Shown here: in pieces, positions 29,671 to 39,784 of the stretch
How the letters are laid out: every line of letters begins with the position of its first letter
Position numbering within the stretch: position 1 is the first letter of the stretch
Assembly (NCBI GenBank): GCA_902618025.1
Contig: CACMYY010000003.1
Span: forward strand, 542 to 64,541
DNA length: 64,000 bases
DNA from: an uncultured SAR116 cluster alpha proteobacterium
Lineage (GTDB): Bacteria; Pseudomonadota; Alphaproteobacteria; Puniceispirillales; Marisalimonadaceae
Direction of reading: 5' to 3'
Notes under the pieces: generated by a model
What the model was told of the DNA's origin: nothing
The model's database searches: none
What the model saw: only the letters and a program-made list of their open reading frames with translations
Made by a program: the position numbers and the translations under genes

Positions 29671-30042
29671 ATGAAATTCAAAATTACAAGGGCTAGAGAA
29701 AACAAATTTGAATCTGGATTACGTGGTTTTTTTTCTTATAAAAATTTAGGTATTGAAGAAGCTACCTCTGGTGATTTTGGAGCGAATGTTATTAAAGCTA
29801 TAGAGGGAAAACATGCAAATGGTGAGTGGCATTATCATAAACTTAAATTTCAGATGGTTTATATTCTAAAAGGCAGTGTTGAATTTGAATATAAAGGTGA
29901 AGGAACATTCACTTTAAATGAGGGTGATGTAGTTTATCAACCACCAGAGATACATCATAGAGAAATTAAGCATTCTGATGACCTAGAATTGATTGAAATA
30001 ACCAGTCCTGCTGAGTTTGAAACTATTTCTTTATCCAAATAA
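29671..30042 (+). CDS. Cupin domain protein
   Basis: WHYH..FQMVYILKG, PPEIHHRE. Confidence 0.88.
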   Translation: MKFKITRARENKFESGLRGFFSYKNLGIEEATSGDFGANVIKAIEGKHANGEWHYHKLKFQMVYILKGSVEFEYKGEGTFTLNEGDVVYQPPEIHHREIKHSDDLELIEITSPAEFETISLSK

Positions 30043-30064
30043 GATTTAATTAATTGAGTTCATT

Positions 30065-31441
30065 ATGAGTGAAGAAGTTGCTGAAATTTTTTCTAAACAT
30101 ATTTTCTCGTCAAAATATGAAGATTTAAGTGAAAACACAATTAAACAATTAAAGGTTTTTTTATTAGATACTATTGGTGTTGGAATTGCTGGAAGTACAG
30201 GTTCAAAATTACACGAACTTAAGAAAATTGCACACACATGGTCTAAGGGTAAAAATTGTACTGTGCTTGGAACATGGGATAGGTATTCAAGAGACGCTTC
30301 AACACTTATTAATGCATATCAAATACACTGTCTTGAATTTGACTGTATTCATGAAGGAGCAGTTGTTCACCCTATGGCAGCTATTTTAAGTTCTTTACTC
30401 GCGCATTGTGAAGAAATTAATAATTTAGGGCATCACACAAATGGGAAAGAATTTTTAATATCTTTAGCATTAGGTGTTGATATTGCTTCATTTTTAGGTA
30501 TTTGTGCTCGGGGGGAATTAAAATTTTTTAGACCTGCCACAGCAAGTGGTTTTGGGGCTGTTGCGGCTTTATCAAAAATACAAAAATTTTCTGTGGAAGA
30601 AATTCATAATGCTTTTGGAATTATGTATTCACAAACATGTGGAAATATGCAATCCCATGTTGAGGGTATACCAATTCTAGGACTTCAAGTTGGTTTTAAT
30701 GCAAAAGCAGCTCTAGCTTCTATGGACCTTACAAAAGCTGGGTTCCCTGGTCCTAAAAGAGTTTTTAATGGAGAACATGGTTACTTCAAATTAATAGAAA
30801 ATGATGACTATGAAATGACTTATCTCCAAGAGAATATTGGCAAAGTTTGGATGATTGATCAATTAGCTCATAAACCTTTTCCAAGTGGAAGATTAACTCA
30901 TGGGTTAGTCCACGCTATAAAAGATTTAAAATTAAAACATGGGTTAAATAAGAACGACATTGAAACAATTGAATGTTTTGTTCCACCTGGAGTTTACAAA
31001 TTAGTAGCAAGACCAATAATTGATAATCTAACAACGAATTATTCAAAGTTATGTGCTAAATTTGTTGGTGCTAGTTTTATGATAAATGATCATTTGAATA
31101 TTGAATCCTTTACAGAACAAAAATATCTAAATAATAAAGATACATTAAATTTTGCTAAAAAAATTACAATGATTAAGAATGACAAACTAGATCAAAAAGT
31201 TCTTACACCACAAAAATTTATCATTACACTCGTTAATAATAGCAAAATTGAAATTAATATTGACCACGTCATTGGTCACCCAAAAGCACCATTATCCGAG
31301 AAAGAATATTTAGAAAAATTTTCAAAATGTTGTTTTTCCTCAACCAATAAGGTTGATCAAAATCAAGTAAATAATATGCTAGATTTTATATTTGATTTAG
31401 AAAATAAAGATAATGTCATAGATTTTTTTAAAACAATTTAA
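30065..31441 (+). CDS. MmgE/PrpD family protein
   Basis: LLDTIGV, EFDCIH...VHP, KPFPSGRLTH, GHP..PLS. Confidence 0.88.
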   Translation: MSEEVAEIFSKHIFSSKYEDLSENTIKQLKVFLLDTIGVGIAGSTGSKLHELKKIAHTWSKGKNCTVLGTWDRYSRDASTLINAYQIHCLEFDCIHEGAVVHPMAAILSSLLAHCEEINNLGHHTNGKEFLISLALGVDIASFLGICARGELKFFRPATASGFGAVAALSKIQKFSVEEIHNAFGIMYSQTCGNMQSHVEGIPILGLQVGFNAKAALASMDLTKAGFPGPKRVFNGEHGYFKLIENDDYEMTYLQENIGKVWMIDQLAHKPFPSGRLTHGLVHAIKDLKLKHGLNKNDIETIECFVPPGVYKLVARPIIDNLTTNYSKLCAKFVGASFMINDHLNIESFTEQKYLNNKDTLNFAKKITMIKNDKLDQKVLTPQKFIITLVNNSKIEINIDHVIGHPKAPLSEKEYLEKFSKCCFSSTNKVDQNQVNNMLDFIFDLENKDNVIDFFKTI

Positions 31442-32700
31442 TTTTGATTTAAACTAGCTAATTTTTCTACCATTTTAAATAGTACAGAAGTACCTTTGGA
31501 AATATCTGATATTTCTGCATATTCCTCGGGACAATGGCTTAAACCGTCTTTACATTGAACAAAAATCATAGATGCAGGAGCAACCCTAGATAAATGAGCT
31601 GTATCATGACCAGCGCCGCTATCCATTATAATATTTGAGAAGCCATATTCATCAGAAGATACTTTAAATAATTTTACCAATTCTTTATCCATTTCCACAT
31701 AAGGTGCAAAAGCAATGTTTTTCATTTTAATTTTACAAGGACTGCTTTGGTTCATTGTTTCAATTTGTTTTTCTAATTCCTTAATATATTGATCTCTTGA
31801 GCTTTTACTGGAAGCCCTTAGATCAATAGTCATTTCAACTTTACCTGGAATAATTGCCGCAGCATTTGGGTGAACATTAATTTTACCAATAGTTGAAACA
31901 AAATGTTGATTACTTTCTTTTGCTAACCTTGAAGCTAACTTATTCACAAATGTTATCACTTCTGAAGAAGTAACAAGAGCATCAGCTCTTTGATCCATTA
32001 AAATAGTTCCACTATGACCAGCTTGACCATTTACTTCTACACTAAACCTAGAAATACTCGGAATAGATCTTACAATGCCTATATCTATGTTTTTTTGCTC
32101 TAAAACTTTACCTTGTTCAATATGTAATTCTAAACATGCAATAATATTTTCAATAATTGAAAATGGTTTTGTAAGTAAATTAGATTTTCCACCAATCTTA
32201 TCTATTTCGTCTTTTAAAATTTTTCCCGACGCATTGCTTCTAGACAAGATTTCATGATTTAAAGCACCTATCATACCACGTGTTCCAATGCATGAAATAC
32301 TCCAATCATTTAATTCTTCCCCTAGGTAATCATATACTGCAAGATTAAAAGGTAAGTTGATATCATTTTCCTTAATGTGTTTTACTACACATAATGCAGC
32401 TACAACCCCAGCAATCCCGTCAAATCTTCCCCCTGAGGGTACTGTGTCAATATGTGATCCTATAATAACCACTTTTTCAGTATTAGTTTTTGATTTTAAA
32501 AGTCCAATCAAGTTTCCAACGTTATCTGTAGACACTATTAATCCAAGTTTCTGATATTCATTTTTTAACCATGACCTAGCTTCATAAAACTTTTTACTAA
32601 ATACAATTCTTGTATATGGATTGTCTTGATCAGTTATTTTTTCTAAATCATAAATTTTCTGCTTAATGAATGAAATGTTAGATTGAGCGCTAAAGTCCAT
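31438..32700 (-). CDS. Zn-dependent N-carbamoyl-amino-acid/allantoate amidohydrolase family
   Basis: GSHIDTVPSGGRFDG, EE, ELHIEQG, SGAGHD, SHCPEE. Confidence 0.9.
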   Translation of the reverse strand: MDFSAQSNISFIKQKIYDLEKITDQDNPYTRIVFSKKFYEARSWLKNEYQKLGLIVSTDNVGNLIGLLKSKTNTEKVVIIGSHIDTVPSGGRFDGIAGVVAALCVVKHIKENDINLPFNLAVYDYLGEELNDWSISCIGTRGMIGALNHEILSRSNASGKILKDEIDKIGGKSNLLTKPFSIIENIIACLELHIEQGKVLEQKNIDIGIVRSIPSISRFSVEVNGQAGHSGTILMDQRADALVTSSEVITFVNKLASRLAKESNQHFVSTIGKINVHPNAAAIIPGKVEMTIDLRASSKSSRDQYIKELEKQIETMNQSSPCKIKMKNIAFAPYVEMDKELVKLFKVSSDEYGFSNIIMDSGAGHDTAHLSRVAPASMIFVQCKDGLSHCPEEYAEISDISKGTSVLFKMVEKLASLNQN

Positions 32701-32757
32701 TATTATTTATCCCTTTTAAGCAAATCTATAATTATCAAATTATATAAAACTTTAAAT

Positions 32758-34239
32758 TTATCTAATGATAAATGGATTTGAAACTGAAGCTTTTTCTGCA
32801 ATCCATATAGATTTTGTTTGTAAAAATTCTTTAATGGACTCTTGCCCACTTTCTCTTCCTCTGCCTGATCTTTTATAACCACCAAACGGAGACATAAAAC
32901 TAACAGCTCTATAAGTATTTACCCACACTGTGCCTGCTCGCAAGGCATCAGACATTCTTAGAGCTCTTCCAATGTCATTAGTCCAAACTCCTGCAGCTAA
33001 TCCAAAAATCACATCATTTCCAATTTTTATAGCCTCCTCTTCATCTTTAAAACGAATTATAGATAATACCGGTCCAAAAACTTCTTCTTGGGCTATTCTC
33101 ATATCATTATTAACATTAGTAAAAATTGTTGGTTCTACAAATCTATTACCTTTAACGTCAGTTCCAGAATATGCTTTACCACCTAAAAGACACTTTGCTC
33201 CCTCAGATTTTGCAATATCAATGTAGCTCATTATTTTTTCAAATTGCGGTTTAGTTGTTACAGGGCCAACATGAGTGTCTAAAGACATAGGATCTCCAAT
33301 TTTTGCCTCACTCGCAACCTTTACAAGTCTTTCAACAAACTTCTCATATATTGAATCTTGAACTAAAAGTCGAGATCCAGCTATACATGTTTGGCCTGTT
33401 GCAGCAAATATTCCTGAAATTACACCCATTATAGCTGCCTCAAAATCAGCATCCTCAAAAACAATATTAGGTGATTTTCCACCTAACTCTAAAGATACAG
33501 GCATTATTTTTTTTGCGGCAGTTTCATAAATTTTCTGTCCAGAAATATCTGATCCTGTAAATGCAATTTTTGAAATATTTTTATGTTCGACAAGAGGTTG
33601 TCCAACATCAATACCCATGCCTGTAACACAATTAACAACACCGTCAGGAAAACCTGCTTCTGATATTAATTTCATAAACTCTAAAGTAGAAGCTGATGTA
33701 AATTCAGATGGTTTAACCACAGCAGTATTGCCAGCCGCAAGTGCAGGAGCCAGTTTCCAAGATAAAAGTAATAAAGGTGAATTCCAAGCTGTTATCATAC
33801 CAACTACACCAAACGGCTCATATTTAGTAAAGTTGAAAATACCTGGTTTGTCTGAGGGTAGCACCGCTCCCTCGACTTTGTCAGCCAGTCCTCCAAAATA
33901 TCTATACCATTCTGCAAGATATTTAGTTTGTGCTCCCATTTCTGCTATCAGTTTTCCGTTATCTTGAACTTCAATTTCTCCTAATTTCTGAGCATCTCGC
34001 TCTACAAGTTCTGCTAATCGAACTAATAATTTTCCTCTTTCAGTTGGTTTTGTTTTAGACCAATTATTTTCAAATACCTCTTTTGCTATGTTCACAGCGG
34101 CATCAACATCATTGGCATTACCTTTTGCAACCTCAGCCCATTTTTCACATGTATACGGATTCTCAGTTTCAAAATATTCACCATTATTTGGCAACATTTC
34201 TTTTCCATTAACAAAATGGTTGTATTTTTTCATATGCAA
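32758..34239 (-). CDS. Aldehyde dehydrogenase
   Basis: WNSP, KPSE, FTGS, LELGGKSP, GQTCIAG, EEVFGPV. Confidence 0.95.
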   Translation of the reverse strand: MHMKKYNHFVNGKEMLPNNGEYFETENPYTCEKWAEVAKGNANDVDAAVNIAKEVFENNWSKTKPTERGKLLVRLAELVERDAQKLGEIEVQDNGKLIAEMGAQTKYLAEWYRYFGGLADKVEGAVLPSDKPGIFNFTKYEPFGVVGMITAWNSPLLLLSWKLAPALAAGNTAVVKPSEFTSASTLEFMKLISEAGFPDGVVNCVTGMGIDVGQPLVEHKNISKIAFTGSDISGQKIYETAAKKIMPVSLELGGKSPNIVFEDADFEAAIMGVISGIFAATGQTCIAGSRLLVQDSIYEKFVERLVKVASEAKIGDPMSLDTHVGPVTTKPQFEKIMSYIDIAKSEGAKCLLGGKAYSGTDVKGNRFVEPTIFTNVNNDMRIAQEEVFGPVLSIIRFKDEEEAIKIGNDVIFGLAAGVWTNDIGRALRMSDALRAGTVWVNTYRAVSFMSPFGGYKRSGRGRESGQESIKEFLQTKSIWIAEKASVSNPFIIR

Positions 34240-34395
34240 TACCTTTGTTTAGTTTTTGGTTTAATTATATTTTTCAAAATTTATTTAAACACTTTTGAAG
34301 AAGTTATTGAATATATAATTATACAATTTTGAAATAAATAATCATATACACAACTTTGATAATATAAATTAAAAATTAAAATATTTATCTGTTGT

Positions 34396-35529
34396 TTAAA
34401 ACTTGAGTAGAAAATTCTTTAACAAGTAAAAATAATCGATTAAATCTTTATTAATTATTTTCTCGTTCGACTTATGACCTTCTGAACCTGAACCAGGACC
34501 AATGTTTATAATATTAATATTATCATCTGCAAAATATCTTCCATCACTTACACCAATAGAAGACAAAAACTCAAGCTTTCTGCCAGTTATCAAACGCTTT
34601 GATTTTGATAATTCTTTTAAATAGATATTAGATTTGTTTGACTTGAATGGATTTGTACCTGTTATAAATTTTATTTTAGCTGATTTATCTATTTTGAGTA
34701 TGAAGCTTTTAATTTCATTATATGCTTTTTTTACATTCTCTTTGTGCGTAATTCTTCTATCTATTACGACTTTTGCCTTATAAGGTACTACATTCACATT
34801 TTCTCCACCCGATAAAATACCTACATTTATCGTTGATATTTGACTTCCAACATTATATTTTTTCAAAACTTTTTTAAATTCATTATTTAATTTGTTGATA
34901 ATCTTCGCTGATTTATCAATTGCATTAATTCCTTTGTGTGGTTCACCTGCATGTGCAGTTTTACCAAGGACTTCAATTTCTAACCAAAAAACACCTCTTT
35001 CTTCTATAATCACATTATTATTCGTTGGGGCTCCTAATATTAATGTATGGGGTTTTATAGCTTTAATTTTTCTTAAATACTTTGTTCCGTCAGGTCCAAG
35101 ATTTTCTTCATCTGTCACAAAAGTAAAATCAATATTCTCTTTTATATTTGGGAAAAGTCTTTTAAAATTTTTTGCTAAATATAAATGAACTGCAGCACTT
35201 CCTTTACAATTTACAGCTCCAAGTCCATATGAATATTTCTCATCTATTTTAAGATCAAAAGGATTGCTTTTCCATTCACTTAAAATGGGTCTGACAGTAT
35301 CTATATGCGAATTAAAAACGATTGACCTATTTGAACCTTTATCTGCTGATGCCACAACATTTATTTTTTCATTATCAATGCCAAAAGTTTTAACATCTAA
35401 TCCACTATTTTTTAGATATGAAGTAACAAATTTGCAAAAAACTTTACTCTTTCCAGGTGGGAAACATGTGTCTATCTTCACAATTTTTCTAAGTAATTCA
35501 AGAAGATCGTTTTTAATTTTTTCATTCAT
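34396..35529 (-). CDS. M20 (ArgE/DapE-like) metallopeptidase with non-canonical metal ligands
   Basis: NSHIDTV, DEE, GKTAHAG, NVVP, SDGR, GHKSNE; GAVNCKG and GAPT variants. Confidence 0.85.
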   Translation of the reverse strand: MNEKIKNDLLELLRKIVKIDTCFPPGKSKVFCKFVTSYLKNSGLDVKTFGIDNEKINVVASADKGSNRSIVFNSHIDTVRPILSEWKSNPFDLKIDEKYSYGLGAVNCKGSAAVHLYLAKNFKRLFPNIKENIDFTFVTDEENLGPDGTKYLRKIKAIKPHTLILGAPTNNNVIIEERGVFWLEIEVLGKTAHAGEPHKGINAIDKSAKIINKLNNEFKKVLKKYNVGSQISTINVGILSGGENVNVVPYKAKVVIDRRITHKENVKKAYNEIKSFILKIDKSAKIKFITGTNPFKSNKSNIYLKELSKSKRLITGRKLEFLSSIGVSDGRYFADDNINIINIGPGSGSEGHKSNEKIINKDLIDYFYLLKNFLLKF

Positions 35530-35738
35530 TTTAAAAAAATATCATATATATAAATTCACTATTACAATTAATATTTTTGTAAAAATAATTTTACTACTAA
35601 TTATATATAGTCCGTATAAATTTTGAGCATATATCTATAAATTATCTCAAATCTAAATTGAAGTTATATCTAATGCACAAAATTTAATACTTTGTATAGT
35701 TAAATAATTTTTCTGGATGCATTTTTTAATTTTGTTAA

Positions 35739-35767
35739 TTGACAAATCTTTTGAGAGGTTATTGAAT
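35739..35767 (+). promoter_or_regulatory. Candidate sigma70 promoter for the secretin locus
   Basis: TTGACA (35739) - 17 nt - TTGAAT, upstream of GGGGG RBS and ATG 35798. Confidence 0.35.
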
Positions 35768-35797
35768 AATATTACAATTTGTTCGGGGGCTAATAAA

Positions 35798-37780
35798 ATG
35801 ACACTTGCTAAAAATTTTTCTTCATTCTTATCCTTTACCTTCCTAATACTGATTATATTTTCTTTAAATGCTGAAAGTAAAACATTACATACTGTAAAAA
35901 AATTTCAATTAATAGATACTGAGAATGGAATTATACTTGCCAAGTGTAAGCAGAAAGACTGGGTAAAAAAGAAAGCATGTCAAGCAAAAGAAGCAGCTGA
36001 AAAAAAAGCCAGACAAGCAAGAGAAAAAGCAGAAGCTGCAAAAAGAAGAGCAGAGGAAGAAGCAAGAAGAAGAGCAGCTGAAGCAAAGAAGAGAGCAGAG
36101 GAAGAAGCAAGAAGAAGAGCAGCTGCAGCAAAAAAGAAAGCTGAAGACGAAGCTAGAAAAAAAGCAGCTGCGGCAAAAAAGAAAGCTGAAGACGAAGCAA
36201 GAAAAGCTGCTGATGCAGCTAAAAAAGCTGGGGCAGGATTATCTGCTGCGTATTTAGCTTCATACAAATATGCGACACCATACGTTAACACCACAGCAGA
36301 TCTTGCAAAAGATCTAGGCAATGATGTAGCAAAGTTTGTAAAAGACCAGTTTGATAAATGGGGTTGTTATGCTACTGTTGCGTCAGTAACACAGCAAAGC
36401 ACTGCTACCGCATTATTAAAAAAAATGCTTCCTGTCTTGAAAAAAGAAATGAAAAATAGCCTCAAAATGGCATCGTATGACATTAACCAAAACTCTAATC
36501 TGATTTATTCAAATAATCTCAATGAATCAAGTAAATTTTTTCAAACTAATTATTTTTCAAATTATAATGGATTGCCTGATTATGACGGTTTAATAAAAGC
36601 ATCCTTTGCTAATTCATTAAGTGCCAAAGTAATGTCAAGCTCTAAAGTTGATGATAACGGGATTATACTAGTGAATAAGAAAAAGAAATGTGGCAAGAAA
36701 TGTAAAGCAAAGAAAAGAAAAGCTAAAGCAAAAGCTAAAGCACTAAAAAAGAAACAAAAACAACAAGCAAAGAAAGACCGACTAAAGAAAAAAGCTAAAG
36801 AAAAAAAGTTAGCAAAAGAAAAGAAATTAAGGGAAAAGAAAATAGCTAAACAAAAGAAACTTAACAAAGGTAAAACAGCAACAACACTTACTGGAACTGG
36901 AGCAACTATTGCTGTCGGTTCTGCTGCAGCTGCTGCGGGTTATGGTAATTCATACAAACCAATAAAAATTGATACTAGCACACCAATTAAGATGGCTGAA
37001 AGTACCTTTGCTGTAATACAAAGGAATAAAAAAGGTTATGAACAACTTATGAAAGGTGCTGGAAATTTAGCGTTAGCAGCAGCAAAAATACATAGTCAAG
37101 TTTTAAATGCAGAATTCCTTTGCAATAAAAATGCAAAACAACAAATTAAAGTGCTTAAATCATTCAAGATATTTCCTGAAAAAGGTATTAAATTTGCTTC
37201 TGCAAATGATAACAGAATCTTTGCAAGTTTAGACAATATTAAATTCTTAAACAATTTAGATGTAAAGAATTTGTTAATATCAAGTGCTAAGGCAGCTAAG
37301 GACCCTGCAGAACCATTTTTTGGTCTTGAATTAGGAATGGGTGTATCAGGTGACATGGGTTTTGGAGCTGGCGCTTCAATGTCATTTAATATAATTACGG
37401 ATATGAATGATGAAGTTTATAGTTTTTTTACAGTTTCCATTGACCAGCTATTTGATTTTGCAAGTATACCACAAGAGCCTGAAGGATGTGTAGGTCCATT
37501 TTTAAGAATATTTGGAACGCCTCCTACAAAAGTTAATGGATTTAAAGGAATGGGACACTCAGTTGGCTTTTCAATTGGTCCTAAAGGAAATGGAGGTTTT
37601 GCGAAAGCTGGGGCAGCTATCGGATTAGATGTTGGTATTAGTTCACTAAAATCGGGTAGCCAATTTACTGGTTTGGCTATAGGTCCTGAAGCTTCAGCTT
37701 GTGTTGGTGCACCAGCAAATGTTATACCAGTTGCAGCCGCATTAACTGCATCTACAAGTTGGAGTTATAGGTTGTGGTAA
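35798..37780 (+). CDS. Secreted modular hypothetical protein (charged-helix repeats, poly-Lys block, Gly-rich beta C-terminal domain)
   Basis: In-frame ATG 35798 with RBS gives signal peptide MTLAKNFSSFLSFTFLILIIFSLNA; ORF track starts at 35717. Confidence 0.75.
   Translation: MTLAKNFSSFLSFTFLILIIFSLNAESKTLHTVKKFQLIDTENGIILAKCKQKDWVKKKACQAKEAAEKKARQAREKAEAAKRRAEEEARRRAAEAKKRAEEEARRRAAAAKKKAEDEARKKAAAAKKKAEDEARKAADAAKKAGAGLSAAYLASYKYATPYVNTTADLAKDLGNDVAKFVKDQFDKWGCYATVASVTQQSTATALLKKMLPVLKKEMKNSLKMASYDINQNSNLIYSNNLNESSKFFQTNYFSNYNGLPDYDGLIKASFANSLSAKVMSSSKVDDNGIILVNKKKKCGKKCKAKKRKAKAKAKALKKKQKQQAKKDRLKKKAKEKKLAKEKKLREKKIAKQKKLNKGKTATTLTGTGATIAVGSAAAAAGYGNSYKPIKIDTSTPIKMAESTFAVIQRNKKGYEQLMKGAGNLALAAAKIHSQVLNAEFLCNKNAKQQIKVLKSFKIFPEKGIKFASANDNRIFASLDNIKFLNNLDVKNLLISSAKAAKDPAEPFFGLELGMGVSGDMGFGAGASMSFNIITDMNDEVYSFFTVSIDQLFDFASIPQEPEGCVGPFLRIFGTPPTKVNGFKGMGHSVGFSIGPKGNGGFAKAGAAIGLDVGISSLKSGSQFTGLAIGPEASACVGAPANVIPVAAALTASTSWSYRLW
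36041..36220 (+). repeat. Coding tandem repeat, 4 x 45 bp (KKxAEE/DEARxxAAxA)
   Basis: KRRAEEEARRRAAEA / KKRAEEEARRRAAAA / KKKAEDEARKKAAAA / KKKAEDEARKAADAA. Confidence 0.85.
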
Positions 37781-37854
37781 TTTAAGGTTCAGATCCTTGA
37801 GTTTTAAAAATGATTATTAGAAGTAAAAATAACTAAAGTGCTTGATGTTTTAAA

Positions 37855-39783
37855 GTGAAGTTAAATTGTATAAAAAAATTCATTTGTTTAATATTGTTTG
37901 TTTTTTTGACAGGATGCATGACTACGTCATCTATCAATCAAGCTGGGTTAAATCTAAATAAACCAAATACAGAAAAATCAAAAAAATTATCTGAGTGGCA
38001 AAAATTTGCAAATGAAGGTTATTCTTTTCTAAATAAAGGTGATTACTCACTGGCCTCTGAAAAATTTAATAATGCATTAAAATTTGATATTAAAAATTCA
38101 AATCTACAAGCGTTAAACGGTATTGCGTATCACTTAAATGCTAAATATCAAGATGCAAATAATTATCAATTAGCTAAACAAGGATATGAATTAGCATCAA
38201 AGTTTGATCCTTCTAATTGGGTTCCTTTTTATTTAAATGGATTGATAAATTTCAAAGAAAAAGATTATAAAAAAGCTAAGAGTAATTTCATAAGTGCTGC
38301 ATTAAAAAATTGGGGTAATAATGAAATTTTGTTAGATGTAGCAGTTGCGTCTTATTATGATCTAGATTTCCAAACTTCAGCTAAAGTAATTAAACATCTA
38401 AAAAAACAAGATTTAGACAATAAGTTACTTTTAAAAGTTAACAAGATTTGTTCTATTATATTTTTATTTAGCGATGACCAGAAATATAGAAATGAATGTC
38501 TTCAATATTATTTGAAAAATGAGGTTTCATTAAATAAAAAAAACAATTTAAAAAAGAAAATTAATTTTTGGAAAGTCTTAAATGAGATAAATACCTCTGG
38601 TATTTTGAAAAATGCTAATATTCTAAAAACGCAAGCAACAGATGGGACAACAGATACTAACATAGATACGTTTGCTTCAGACGATGACATTTCTAACGTC
38701 GATAATTTTCAGGAATTTCAAAAAGAGTGCTTCATTCGAAATTTCAAGGCTGGCACCGACGAATTTACAAAATGTATAATTTCGCTAGTGGATGAAGCGA
38801 CAAAGCTAGCACTTGAAGAAGAAGACATTACTGATGAACGAATGGTAATAGTAGATGTTGTTATAATTGGAAGCACGGAAGATGCTAGAAAAAGATCAGG
38901 TGTAAATATTTTGGATGGTCTTTCTTTTCAATTTGGTGATTTATCAGATGGTGAAGATGCTTACAGTAAAATAAATACTATAACTCGTGACGGATTTGAC
39001 AGTACAAATGACACACAATCCAAAACAGTAGTCAGAGCTTTGACAATTCCTGCAATTGAATATTCTTTAAATATTATCAATTCAAGAGATAATGACAGTA
39101 AAATACTTGCAAAACCTAGTTTAATTGCCCTTTCAGGTGAAGAATCAACATTTTTTTCGGGAGTTACTATAAATGGTGCAGCAACTTCAGGTACAGGAGA
39201 CTCCGTTTCTATTGAAGAAGAAATCGGAGTAAGTCTCTCAGTTACCCCAGATTTTATAAGTGATACTAAGGTATATTTATCCATAGCTGCTGAAAGAACA
39301 TTTCTTATAGATCCAAAAAAATCCGTTCTTTACGAGTACAGACTTGATACAACCAAAACAAATGTTGAAGCAAATGTTGTATTGAATATTGGAGAAACAT
39401 TAATTTTAGGAGGCTTAACAGAGCAACAAGACACGGAAACATTGGATGGTGTGCCTGGACTTAGTGAGGTCCCACTAATAAAATTATTTTTTTCTGAAGA
39501 TATTAAAAGAAATTATAAAAAAACAATTACAATTTTATTAACTCCACGTTTGGCACCTGTTAACAAAAAAAGTAAAATTGAAGAAAAGAAAATATCGTTA
39601 AAGGATACAAATGAGTTAATTTTTAACAAACTGCTAACAGAAAAAAATATTCAATTCTCATTAAAAAAAGATTTTCAAAATTTTAAAACTATTATTAGAA
39701 AAAACTTTATAAGTGGTAAAGATTTAAATATTTTTAAAACAGATAAAGACTTAATAGAGATTGCAAAAAATTTAAAAATATAA
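37855..39783 (+). CDS. Lipoprotein TPR + secretin (type II/III secretin domain) protein
   Basis: Lipobox FLTGC; TPR-like helices; secretin motifs ILAKPSLIAL, GVSLSVTP, GETLILGGL, GVPGLSEVPLIKLFF, ILLTP. Confidence 0.85.
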   Translation: MKLNCIKKFICLILFVFLTGCMTTSSINQAGLNLNKPNTEKSKKLSEWQKFANEGYSFLNKGDYSLASEKFNNALKFDIKNSNLQALNGIAYHLNAKYQDANNYQLAKQGYELASKFDPSNWVPFYLNGLINFKEKDYKKAKSNFISAALKNWGNNEILLDVAVASYYDLDFQTSAKVIKHLKKQDLDNKLLLKVNKICSIIFLFSDDQKYRNECLQYYLKNEVSLNKKNNLKKKINFWKVLNEINTSGILKNANILKTQATDGTTDTNIDTFASDDDISNVDNFQEFQKECFIRNFKAGTDEFTKCIISLVDEATKLALEEEDITDERMVIVDVVIIGSTEDARKRSGVNILDGLSFQFGDLSDGEDAYSKINTITRDGFDSTNDTQSKTVVRALTIPAIEYSLNIINSRDNDSKILAKPSLIALSGEESTFFSGVTINGAATSGTGDSVSIEEEIGVSLSVTPDFISDTKVYLSIAAERTFLIDPKKSVLYEYRLDTTKTNVEANVVLNIGETLILGGLTEQQDTETLDGVPGLSEVPLIKLFFSEDIKRNYKKTITILLTPRLAPVNKKSKIEEKKISLKDTNELIFNKLLTEKNIQFSLKKDFQNFKTIIRKNFISGKDLNIFKTDKDLIEIAKNLKI

Positions 39784-39784
39784 A

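Noticed and set aside
35931-37356. Several hydrophobic antisense ORFs (F/L/A-rich)
   Set aside because: Mirror of the Lys/Glu/Ala low-complexity codons of the sense gene.
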